Shown here in pieces: positions 18,044-26,997 of a DNA stretch of 64,000 nt (the stretch's first letter is position 1; each line of letters starts with the position of its first letter). This DNA is from Candidatus Latescibacterota bacterium (GTDB lineage: Bacteria > Latescibacterota > UBA2968 > UBA8231). The position numbers were made by a program, and so were the translations under genes. The stretch spans positions 1,824,001 to 1,888,000 of the forward strand of contig CBDFJF010000001.1 in NCBI GenBank assembly GCA_965248265.1, given 5' to 3'. The notes below the pieces were generated by a model, which saw only the letters and a program-made list of their open reading frames with translations, searched no databases and had not been told where the DNA came from.

Positions 18044-19411
18044 TCAGGCAGCCCCGCGAAGTCGGGGCAGGACGTAGGGCCCGCGCGGAACTACGGCGAT
18101 CCGCGATTCTGCGATCCGCGATTCTGCGATCCGCGATTCTGCGATCCGCGATTCTGCGATCCGCGATTCTGCGATCCGCGATCCTGCGATCCGCGATTCG
18201 GGTCCATGATGCTCGACGGCAGAGCGCAAGGCTGCACCGACGGAATCAGCCAATCGGAACAGAGGTAGGGACTCGACTCGTGATGACACCCCTTCCGAAT
18301 ATAGCCACACATCGGCCTTCTGCATGACCTTGCACAACTCCTGAAGTTGCCACTGATCGACGACAAAAAATCCCGGTTGCCTGATACGCTGAAGAAATTC
18401 GTCCACAGTCTCGACTCCGAGCAGTAATTCCGAGAACTCCGGACTGCCGATGCCTTCCTCACAGCGAGCCGCGATGATGATGCTGCCGCCCTCCTTGACG
18501 ACTGGTAGCACTGCCGTCAGCCCTTTGACCGCCTGGTACAGCGTCAGATCCAGCGGATGACCCGCGCTGGAAGTAATCACAATGTCGGCCGGCTCTTCGA
18601 GGAATGCCGATGCCTGCTCGGCGACGTAGCCAACTCCGAGTGCATGCGCGGCCTCGAGCTCCCCACAGAACACGCCGGTTACCTGTCGCTGCTCGTTCAT
18701 GGTCACGTTGACGGTGAAGTCCACCCCCACCGCCTTGGCGACCGCCAGGGATTGCTCGTGCACGGGATTGCCCTCAATGCAACCCTCGGTGGCCTTCGGA
18801 TTGGACAGAATCTCGGGCCCGTGAAAAAACCTGATCGTTTCGACACCGCAAATACCTGGACAGATGGCTTTGCGTCCACCGGAGTATCCAGCCATCAGGT
18901 GCGGCTCGATAAGCGAGATCGCTATTTTCAGGCCGGCGTTCACGAACGTGGAGTTGACCCAGGTCGGCATGCCCATGGCGGTTTGGCCAAGGTGGGTGAG
19001 TTGGTCTTCCTGGCGCGCAACATGGTTGACGATGCGGTAACGGGCCACGATGGATTCTCCTACCAACTCGACGAGTTCTTCGCCTTCGTTCGGCCGGTGG
19101 AGCCCGGTTCCAATGAGAATGGTGATAGCCTCGCGCGCCATGCCTGAATCCTCAAGAACCTGCAGGACTTCCGGTAGAATCAGCGAGTTCGGAACCGGGC
19201 GGGTGATGTCTGAAATGACTATGCAGGCATCCTGGTGTAGGGCTGCCTGTTGCGCCAGCGGCGTGGTCGCGAGTGGGTTTGATAGGCCTTCCCGTACTCG
19301 CTCGGTAGGAGCGTCCAGACCCGATGTCGAGACCATGTTGAGAACCTGTGCATGATCCGGCAATTCAATCGGCAGTCCATCCTTGCCGTAGTCTAGATGA
19401 ATCCGCTGCAT
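18044..19411 (-). CDS. larA: Nickel-pincer-dependent lactate racemase family protein (LarA homolog)
   Basis: Motifs ISDITRP, GTGLHR, NHVAR, IEPHLMAGYSGGRK, GNPVHE, DLTLYQAVKG and CEEGIGS. Confidence 0.92.
   Translation of the reverse strand: MQRIHLDYGKDGLPIELPDHAQVLNMVSTSGLDAPTERVREGLSNPLATTPLAQQAALHQDACIVISDITRPVPNSLILPEVLQVLEDSGMAREAITILIGTGLHRPNEGEELVELVGESIVARYRIVNHVARQEDQLTHLGQTAMGMPTWVNSTFVNAGLKIAISLIEPHLMAGYSGGRKAICPGICGVETIRFFHGPEILSNPKATEGCIEGNPVHEQSLAVAKAVGVDFTVNVTMNEQRQVTGVFCGELEAAHALGVGYVAEQASAFLEEPADIVITSSAGHPLDLTLYQAVKGLTAVLPVVKEGGSIIIAARCEEGIGSPEFSELLLGVETVDEFLQRIRQPGFFVVDQWQLQELCKVMQKADVWLYSEGVSSRVESLPLFRLADSVGAALRSAVEHHGPESRIAGSRIAESRIAESRIAESRIAESRIAESRIAVVPRGPYVLPRLRGAA
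18096..18200. repeat. Seven copies of a 15-bp in-frame tandem repeat (GCGATCCGCGATTCT) encoding (E/G)SRIA inside the 3' end of larA
   Basis: Units counted directly at 18096, 18111, 18126, 18141, 18156, 18171 (one variant base) and 18186. Confidence 0.97.
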
Positions 19412-19419
19412 CGCGTGGT

Positions 19420-20310
19420 TTACTCGGCCAGCTTTTGCTTCAGATACTGCTTGAGGACCTCGCCATGCTCGCCATCGGCCAGTGCAAAATCGACGAATGC
19501 CCGATAGTAGGTGGACGGCGTGCCGATATCATAGCGCCCCTCCTGCTCGGTCAGACGGACACAGCGCACCTTCTCCTCATTTTTTATCTGGTGCCGGATG
19601 GCGTCGGTGAGCCACAGCTCGCCACCCAGACCCGGCTCGATATTGGCAATCGCGTCGAAGATGGAATTGGTGAAGACATAACGAGCGGCCACGGCCAGGC
19701 GTGTGGGAGCATCTTCGACCGCCGGTTTCTCGATGATATCCTCGATGGCAAACTCCGCACCTCCGTCGTCACGCCCCCCCACGGGCTGCACGATGCCGTA
19801 CTTGACCACATCTTCCGGAGCCACCTCCCAAACGCCGATCGTGGCTGCGGATTGGTTGCTTTCGTGCGATGCGACCATACGAGCGACGACACCGGGATCG
19901 CGGTCTGAATGGACGATGGTGTCGCCGAAGGCGACGACGAATGAGTCGGAGCCGACGAACTCGGCCGCCATGCGCACCGCGTCTGCGTTGCCCGCCGCTC
20001 GCCGTTGGCGGACATAGAAGAAATCCACCCCACGTGCAGCATAGTCGAGTTCGCCGAAGTTCGATTCCCCCTTGCCTGACAACCGGGCTTCCAGCTCGGG
20101 ATCATCATCGAAGTGATCCTCGATCGAGCGTTTCTTGCGTCCGGTAATAAAAAGGAACTTGTCGATGCCCTGCTCGATCAGTTCCTCGACCACATACTGA
20201 ACCACCGGCTTGGAAGCGACGGGCAACATTTCTTTCGGTTGCGACTTTGTCGCGGGCAGCAAACGGGTTCCGAGTCCGGCAACGGGCAACACTGCTTTGG
20301 TGACGGCCAT
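19420..20310 (-). CDS. galU: UTP-glucose-1-phosphate uridylyltransferase
   Basis: Motifs KAVLPVAGLGTRLLPATKSQPKEMLP, IEDHFD, IIEKP, GGELWLTDAI and RYDIG. Confidence 0.93.
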   Translation of the reverse strand: MAVTKAVLPVAGLGTRLLPATKSQPKEMLPVASKPVVQYVVEELIEQGIDKFLFITGRKKRSIEDHFDDDPELEARLSGKGESNFGELDYAARGVDFFYVRQRRAAGNADAVRMAAEFVGSDSFVVAFGDTIVHSDRDPGVVARMVASHESNQSAATIGVWEVAPEDVVKYGIVQPVGGRDDGGAEFAIEDIIEKPAVEDAPTRLAVAARYVFTNSIFDAIANIEPGLGGELWLTDAIRHQIKNEEKVRCVRLTEQEGRYDIGTPSTYYRAFVDFALADGEHGEVLKQYLKQKLAE

Positions 20311-20441
20311 GTTTGTTTCGATCTCGATGAGTCAGAGAAGCGGGAAGCGTGTCTGAAGTTGCATCTGGTCCAGCATCAAGAATTGACTTAACTTTCGTAA
20401 AAATATGATATTATCTCGTGTAGATCAACGCGATGTGACCG

Positions 20442-22361
20442 CTACCTGGCGTTCTCAATCAAGTCGGCGTAGCGCTCTTCGATGGCGCCCGGAACGATCT
20501 TCTTCAATCCCTTGGTCAAGGTCCCGGTTTCTTCACTGAGTGGTTCGGGAATTACGATGACCTTCTGCGGCCGCTCATGTGCTGGCAATCCCGCCTCGTC
20601 CGCCTCGCGCAGCAGCTGCCGGCGTATCAGCTCGGCAACCTGGCCGGATCCACGCAGGGCCGTCTCATCATCTGGCATCCCCCCTTCGACGGCGGCGAGC
20701 TTCGCCGCCTCCTCCATGTCGACGGTCACGAGCACCAAAGGGGAAGTCCACTCTTGTCCCCCGGTGACGAGGGCGTGCTCGACCAGGGCAGCTCGAGAGA
20801 ATACCCGCTCGAGCTGCTCGGGATTGACGAACTCCCCGTTGCTCAGCTTGAACTGACGTCCCATTCGGCCTCTGAAGGTCAAGAAACCCTCGTCATCGAT
20901 TTCGAACAGATCTCCGGTTCGGTACCAGACCTTTCCTTCGCCCACCCCCGATTCGTCATGTACCAGTACCCTGGCTGTCTGCTCCGGGTCTTCGAGGTAC
21001 CCCTTCATGACATTGGGACCGCTTGCCCACAATTCGCCCGAACGTCCGCCGCTGCCACGATACTGGCCGGTGACTGGATCTCCAAAACCGAGCTCCGTGC
21101 CGTCGGAGGACATCAGCTTGACTTCCAGCAGCGGGCGACCGACGGTCCCACTCTTGCGCCCACCCAAATGATTGGCAGCGATCAGGGGTGCGCATTCTGT
21201 CGTGCCATAGCCCTCATAGGCACGGATGTCGAGGACCTCGTGAAAGAAATCGAGCGCTTCCGGGTCCGCTTTGGCTGAACCGACGATCAGCAACTCCAGA
21301 TTGGGTCCCACCCGCTTGGCCAGTTGATCGCGGATCTTGGCGATCACTTTGCGCCCGATCGTCCCGTGCACGACCCGATCGGCGAGACCACCCCTGCCGC
21401 GGGCCAATCGCTGCTTTGCCTTTACCGAACGCGCTATCATGCGACCCTTGGCTCCGCCTGCGTCAATCTCCTTCCGGACATTCCCGAAGACCTTATCCAG
21501 TACCAGAGGCACGGTCAGAAAGCCCTCGGGGGCCGACAGGCGAATGTCGCTGAGGACGCGATCTGGTGAGCGCGCCAGGTCAAGGACCCATCCCTTGGCG
21601 AGCGGATAGTAGATGTTGAGGATGCCCATGGAGTGATAGTCCGGAGCGGACTTGAACATGCGGAAGGGCTCGCGCTCGCTGATGACATCCCAGACCTCGT
21701 CGACATTGGCCATGATGTTGCGGTGCGTCTGAACCACGCCCTTGGGCAATCCCGATGATCCAGAGGTGTACAGTACCTTGCTCTCGTCGTCAGGCTCTAC
21801 ATGAACTGTTGGAGGAGGTTCGGGGTCGGCGATCAACGCCTGCCAGGAAGTGGCATTTTCCTGTGTCGGTTCACCCTCCGTGAGCACGGTGCGCGGCGGG
21901 TGTGCCAGCTGGGATGTGAGCGCCTGTAGCTGGTCCTGACCCGCCGGATCCACGACCAGCAAGCCAACACCCGAATGGTTGATGATGTGGGCGAGAATAT
22001 CCGGTGCCAGCTTGTTGCACAGTGGCACCACGCTGACTCCGATCAGGTCAGCAGCCAGAAAGACCAGCAGCGGTTCGAGACCACCGTCCATCAGCAGGCC
22101 GATCCGCGTGCCCTTCACGCACTCTGACCGGAATAGTCCGCTGGCTACAGCATCCCGGTCACGCCGCAGTTCGTCGTAGGTGATCGGTTGATACTGCATC
22201 CGGCCCGCAGGGCCGGCGTCCGCAGGGCCGGCGCCCTCGGGTCCGGAGCGGAGCACGCGCACCGCGGTTCGCCGGCCGTACAGGCTCACGCTTCGATCTA
22301 TCAGCTGCCCAAGGTTTTCTGGCAGTTGTTTGGTGTTTTTTGTGCTGGCTTCAGGCATCAT
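20442..22361 (-). CDS. Long-chain acyl-CoA synthetase (AMP-binding family)
   Basis: Motifs YTSGSSGLPKGV, YEGYGTTECAP, GPNVMKGY, YRTGD and FKLSNGEFVNP. Confidence 0.9.
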   Translation of the reverse strand: MMPEASTKNTKQLPENLGQLIDRSVSLYGRRTAVRVLRSGPEGAGPADAGPAGRMQYQPITYDELRRDRDAVASGLFRSECVKGTRIGLLMDGGLEPLLVFLAADLIGVSVVPLCNKLAPDILAHIINHSGVGLLVVDPAGQDQLQALTSQLAHPPRTVLTEGEPTQENATSWQALIADPEPPPTVHVEPDDESKVLYTSGSSGLPKGVVQTHRNIMANVDEVWDVISEREPFRMFKSAPDYHSMGILNIYYPLAKGWVLDLARSPDRVLSDIRLSAPEGFLTVPLVLDKVFGNVRKEIDAGGAKGRMIARSVKAKQRLARGRGGLADRVVHGTIGRKVIAKIRDQLAKRVGPNLELLIVGSAKADPEALDFFHEVLDIRAYEGYGTTECAPLIAANHLGGRKSGTVGRPLLEVKLMSSDGTELGFGDPVTGQYRGSGGRSGELWASGPNVMKGYLEDPEQTARVLVHDESGVGEGKVWYRTGDLFEIDDEGFLTFRGRMGRQFKLSNGEFVNPEQLERVFSRAALVEHALVTGGQEWTSPLVLVTVDMEEAAKLAAVEGGMPDDETALRGSGQVAELIRRQLLREADEAGLPAHERPQKVIVIPEPLSEETGTLTKGLKKIVPGAIEERYADLIENAR

Positions 22362-22530
22362 ATCGGTTCAAAACGATACGGGCGTCCAGTGCGCGAGGCA
22401 AGATAGCGGCGCAAAACAGCTATTTGGCCACCACCGTCAACGTACCAGGCTGTTTTTGTTGACTTTCAAGACTTATACAAGCAGTATATAGGCAACCCTG
22501 CCCCGTATAACCGAGATACAGGCCTCATAA

Positions 22531-25485
22531 ATGGCGGACGAGAAACCCGATACAGCCGAAAACGAGCCGGAGGAACTGGCCACCGCAGCGGACGAAGACG
22601 TTCTGGGGGGACTGGAATCCCTGTTGGATGAAGAGGGCGCTGGACTCGCGCTTCCCGATGAGGATCTGACTGAGGATGATCTCAACGACCTCTTCGAGGA
22701 TGATGACGACGACGCTGAACTGGAGGACGTGGCACCGGCCAGTCGTACGGGACGGGAGGCTAGGCAGGAGCGCAAACAGCGTGACCGAGAGGACTACCGC
22801 AATCTCGAAGCCCACTTGCAGGCGACCCCGTTGGGACTGGTGGTCTCCGACGACAAGATGGCAGTGCGGGTCAGTCGCATTACGGGTGACAATTCTGCCG
22901 AAGAGATCCTCGCTCTGCTCAAGAGAGAGAAGATCGTCAACGGCATCGACCACGAAGCCATTCGCTCCGCCCTTTCCAAAGCGGCCACCGGGCAAAATCA
23001 GTTCGAAGTCACCGTTGCCCGCGGCCAGCGGCCCAAAGTCCTCGAAGAGACCCACGTAGTCTACCACATGCCGGACGACTTGATCACCGATCCCGAAGCC
23101 CAAAAGACCGACTTCGAGCGTCTCAAGCGCCTCATGGAGGGCGAATATCTCGAAGCCTGCAAGAACTGGCAGGGGCCGGTCAAGATGGTGCGCAAAGGCG
23201 ATCTCGTCGCTGAACTGAAACACGCGGAAATCGAGTTGGGATGTGACGTCTTCGGAGAAGAGGTCAACCTCGAGGGTCGAGGTGGCATCTCCCTCGAAGT
23301 CGGCGATAACGTGACCCTCAGCGAAGACGGAACGAAGGCCACTGCCGATCTATACGGCTACGCCGGCCTGCTGGCCGGTCTGGTCACCGTGGTCCCGCCG
23401 ATCTGGATGTCCTCCGATCACATGGAAGCCCGATTCATCTTCTACACCGCTCGCAAGGCGCCGCCCGTGCCGACGGAGGAGGACCTCAACGAGCTGCTGG
23501 AGATGAAATGGATCGAGTATGGCGTGATGGAGAAGCAGATCGAGCTGATCTGCCAGCGGCTGGCGGAAAAGCAGGCGCTGCCCACCACCGTGCCACTCGC
23601 CCAGGGCTCGCCCGAGATCCACGGCGGTGACGCCCAAATCAAGTACTCCTTCGACCCTTTCGAGCTGATCAAGTGGAATCAACTGCAGAGCCTGCTCAGT
23701 GCCAAAGCCCCGGAAGCGATCCAGCACAACCTGACCGAACTCTACGATGGCGAAGAGGAATGCACCATACGCTTCAAGGCCGTGCGCCCGGGTGAGGTTG
23801 TGGCTGAGAAGCTGCCAGCTACGCAGGGCGTCGTCGGCCGGGATATCCAGGGAGAGGAAGTGGCCCCTAACGAGGGCAACGACGTGCCACTCGAGGTCGG
23901 CGAGGGACTGGCCATCGACGATGACGGATTGCGGGCCAAGGCCGAGCACTATGGTTACGTGGCGCTTCGCTGGGACATCGAGACCAACGTCCTCTCACCA
24001 CTGTGGATCTCCCCCGACCGCACAGCCGTGTATTTCCTGAACCTGCCCCAGGCACAGAACCCGAGATTCCCCTCAGTCGAGGACATGCAGAACCTGCTGG
24101 ACAAAGAGGGGGTCGTTCACGGGTTCACCCCTGAGCGATGGGCGGAGATCCTCGCGGAACTGGAAGAGGGCAAACACACCAAGGACTATGTCATCCTCGT
24201 CGCCCAGGGAACGCTGGCGCAGCCTGGCTCGGACGCTGAGTTCGACTGGATGGTAGCGATCGACAACAACAAGCCCGGCCGCATCATGGACGACGGCTCC
24301 ATCGACTTCCGAGACCGAAATCTGAACACCGTCGTCAAAGAAGGTGATATGCTGGGCAAGCTGGTGCCCCCCAAAGTCGGCGTTGCCGGCAAGGATGTGT
24401 TCGGCAACGAGTTGCAGCCTCCGTCACCGCTCAACATCGAGGTCGTCACCGACTCTCGCATATACGCAGAACCCGTCGAGGGCGGGGCCATGGCCTTCTA
24501 TTGCGAGACGGGCGGCGGCATTTCCACGGACGCGGAAATCAAGAAAGTGAAGGGCCGCACCCACAAGCGCATCAACATCGGCGTGTACCCGATCTCCAAC
24601 ATCGAAGGGGATATCGACTACTCCACCGGCAACATCGATTTCAATGGCGATGTCGTGGTCGGCGGCTCCGTTCAGTCACAATTCTCCGTCAAGGCTACCG
24701 GCACGGTTACGATCGGCGGCTATATCGAGGCGGGCGCTTATGTCACCGCGGGCCAAGATATCCTAATTCAGCGGGGTGTCGTCGGAGCCAGCACCGAACT
24801 GGTCGCGGGCGGGGACATCATGTCCAAGTTTATCCAGGAAGCCACAGCCCGGGCCGGTGGCAACGTCAAGGTCGGCAGCTATATCTTCAATGCCTCCGTG
24901 CGCGCTCGTGGAGAAGTCATCGTGCCGGGGATGGGCGAAGGCAAGTCTCGGGCGCTGGTCGGGGGATTGATTTGGGGGGCCAAGGGCATTTCGGCCCGCT
25001 CCATCGGATCTCCCTACAATGCGGGCACGCGGCTCGTCGTCGGCATTGATCCCGATCAGGTCAACCGTGCCGATCAGATCCGTGCCAACATGCACGCCTG
25101 TCAGGAGAAACAACGCAAACTGCTCAAGAAACTGGGAGTCGAGAGTCTCGACGTATCCTTGATCAAGCAGAGACTCGCCCGATGTCCGTCACCCAAGCAG
25201 AAGCAGGCCATGTTGATGGCGGTCAAACGCATCGCCAAGGTTGCTGAGTTGGAGCAAAATCAGCAAGCCGAGTTGGAGGAAATTGCCGAGGCTCAGCGCA
25301 AACTTTCGCACCAGACCAACATCAATGTCGTCAGCGAACTCTTCGCCGGGGTCGAACTGCGCATCGGTGAACAGACCGAGACCGTCCGCGAGGACAAGGA
25401 AAAAGTCAGCTTCAAGTTGGTAACCGAGGACGAGGAAGTGAAGATCCAGGAGGAAGTCCTCTCTAAGACAATCAAACTGAGCTGA
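22531..25485 (+). CDS. FapA/DUF342 family protein with three tandem N-terminal modules
   Basis: Motifs DDGSIDFRD, GDIDYSTGNIDFNGDVVVGGSV (beta-solenoid), GGDIMSKFIQ and GSPYNAGTRL, followed by a coiled coil and ELFAGVELRIG. Confidence 0.88.
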   Translation: MADEKPDTAENEPEELATAADEDVLGGLESLLDEEGAGLALPDEDLTEDDLNDLFEDDDDDAELEDVAPASRTGREARQERKQRDREDYRNLEAHLQATPLGLVVSDDKMAVRVSRITGDNSAEEILALLKREKIVNGIDHEAIRSALSKAATGQNQFEVTVARGQRPKVLEETHVVYHMPDDLITDPEAQKTDFERLKRLMEGEYLEACKNWQGPVKMVRKGDLVAELKHAEIELGCDVFGEEVNLEGRGGISLEVGDNVTLSEDGTKATADLYGYAGLLAGLVTVVPPIWMSSDHMEARFIFYTARKAPPVPTEEDLNELLEMKWIEYGVMEKQIELICQRLAEKQALPTTVPLAQGSPEIHGGDAQIKYSFDPFELIKWNQLQSLLSAKAPEAIQHNLTELYDGEEECTIRFKAVRPGEVVAEKLPATQGVVGRDIQGEEVAPNEGNDVPLEVGEGLAIDDDGLRAKAEHYGYVALRWDIETNVLSPLWISPDRTAVYFLNLPQAQNPRFPSVEDMQNLLDKEGVVHGFTPERWAEILAELEEGKHTKDYVILVAQGTLAQPGSDAEFDWMVAIDNNKPGRIMDDGSIDFRDRNLNTVVKEGDMLGKLVPPKVGVAGKDVFGNELQPPSPLNIEVVTDSRIYAEPVEGGAMAFYCETGGGISTDAEIKKVKGRTHKRINIGVYPISNIEGDIDYSTGNIDFNGDVVVGGSVQSQFSVKATGTVTIGGYIEAGAYVTAGQDILIQRGVVGASTELVAGGDIMSKFIQEATARAGGNVKVGSYIFNASVRARGEVIVPGMGEGKSRALVGGLIWGAKGISARSIGSPYNAGTRLVVGIDPDQVNRADQIRANMHACQEKQRKLLKKLGVESLDVSLIKQRLARCPSPKQKQAMLMAVKRIAKVAELEQNQQAELEEIAEAQRKLSHQTNINVVSELFAGVELRIGEQTETVREDKEKVSFKLVTEDEEVKIQEEVLSKTIKLS

Positions 25486-25576
25486 CTTCATCAGTGGCGT
25501 CAGTCCACAAACCCAGCTGACAATCTCCCTTCATCATCATCATCTTGTTCAATCATCATCGCCATCCGCAACCGCA

Positions 25577-26689
25577 TTGAGAATTACCAATGTCAGCGCC
25601 ATCGTCCTGCGCCTCCCAGAGGTTACGGCAGCTTGTGATGGCACCCAGGATACCTGCCTGCTCAAGGTCGAGACGGACGCCGGAATTACGGGGTGGGGCG
25701 AGGTGGATTCGGCACCGACGGTTGTCAAGGCCATCGTTGAGGCACCGCTATCCCATCTAATCTCCAACGGGTTGGCCAACGCTCTGATCGGCGAGAACCC
25801 GCTTGCCGTGGAAGCCTGCATGGCCCGCATGTGGGAGGCGGTCAACTACTATGGACGCTCCGGTGTGGGTACGCATGCCATGGCCGGCATCAACCTGGCG
25901 CTGTGGGATATCGCCGGCAAGGCCTACGGATGCCCGGTCTACGAACTGTTCGGGGGACCCTTCGAGACCCGCTTCAGAGCCTACTGCTCCATCCTTTTCG
26001 GTGACACGCCGGCGCAGACCTACGAGTTGGCACGCCAATTCAGCGACAACTTCACTGCGATAAAGTTCGGCTGGGGGCCGATGGGGAGTATGGATGAGTC
26101 CCTTGATGTCGACCTGGTGCGGCAGGCGCGACGGGGTGCCGGCGATGAGGTCGACATCCTCATCGATGCAGGCCAGGTTTGGGACTGGAAGACCGCACTG
26201 AAGCGCGCTGAGGCCTTCGCCGAGTTCCGCCCCTTCTGGCTGGAGGAACCCCTGCAGCCCAACGACGTGTCCGGATACGCCCGGCTGTCCCAAGCCAGTC
26301 CGGTGCCGATCGCGGCGGGTGAGGCGGAATCCCTTTATGGTGATTTCGAACACCTGATCGTTGATGGTGAGATAGACTGGGTGCAGCCTGATCCAGCTCG
26401 TTGCGGCATCTCAACCATGGTGGAGGTCGGGCGTCTGGCCACACGTCAGCATACCCGATTCGTCAATCACAGCTTCAAATCCGGCATCACCATCGCCGCT
26501 TCGCTGCATGCCCTGGCGGCCGTTCCCGGTGGTGAGATGTTCGAGTTCTGCATGTCCGACTCACCGCTGCGTCACGAACTCACTCGCGAGTGCTTCGAGG
26601 TGAAGGATGGCTTCGTCCATGTCCCTGAGGGGCTTGGACTCGGCATCACCGTCAACGAAGAGGTCGTCGAGCGCTATTCAGTCGACTGA
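25577..26689 (+). CDS. Mandelate racemase/muconate lactonizing enzyme family (acid-sugar dehydratase-like)
   Basis: Motifs VETDAGITGWGE, ALWDIAGK, LIDAG, WLEEP, AAGE, VQPD and NH. TTG start with no clear SD. Confidence 0.9.
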   Translation: MRITNVSAIVLRLPEVTAACDGTQDTCLLKVETDAGITGWGEVDSAPTVVKAIVEAPLSHLISNGLANALIGENPLAVEACMARMWEAVNYYGRSGVGTHAMAGINLALWDIAGKAYGCPVYELFGGPFETRFRAYCSILFGDTPAQTYELARQFSDNFTAIKFGWGPMGSMDESLDVDLVRQARRGAGDEVDILIDAGQVWDWKTALKRAEAFAEFRPFWLEEPLQPNDVSGYARLSQASPVPIAAGEAESLYGDFEHLIVDGEIDWVQPDPARCGISTMVEVGRLATRQHTRFVNHSFKSGITIAASLHALAAVPGGEMFEFCMSDSPLRHELTRECFEVKDGFVHVPEGLGLGITVNEEVVERYSVD

Positions 26690-26853
26690 AAAGCCACCCG
26701 TTCCAGCCTCCCGTCCGTCATTACCAGCCTTATCGCCTGACCCATCCTCTCCGTTCGTGCTGTTTTTTGTTGCAAAATGGATCATTAGACTGCTTCATAC
26801 GTAGTGAACAGGGTGTTTTTTTGTGCAAATCGACCATTTTATTCTAAAGTTCA

Positions 26854-26882
26854 TTGCCATTGTGCCGTTTATAACATATAAT
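26854..26882 (+). promoter_or_regulatory. Sigma70-type promoter for ilvBN
   Basis: TTGCCA (26854-26859), 17-nt spacer, TATAAT (26877-26882), in an AT-rich intergenic region. Confidence 0.75.
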
Positions 26883-26950
26883 TGACATATTCAAGAAAAT
26901 CTACGCTTTTAAAGTGACACTTTTACACCAAACAAGCTCTTTTCCACGCC

Positions 26951-26978
26951 TGACGAATAGAACATGACGAATAGAACA
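26951..26978. repeat. Perfect 2x14-bp tandem repeat TGACGAATAGAACA in the ilvB leader
   Basis: Read directly from the sequence. Confidence 0.95.
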
Positions 26979-26997
26979 GTGGAGAAGAGGAGGGAGA

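Noticed and set aside
22474-22488. TATAC-N5-GTATA palindrome upstream of the FapA gene as an operator
   Set aside because: It is short, AT-rich and single-copy in a promoter region, with no regulator to link it to, so it is too weak to call.
25531-25566. (CAT)n-rich tract as a His-leader peptide or N-terminal His-rich extension
   Set aside because: There is no in-frame ATG or SD, no attenuator hairpin, and the downstream gene is unrelated to histidine. It is treated as low-complexity sequence.
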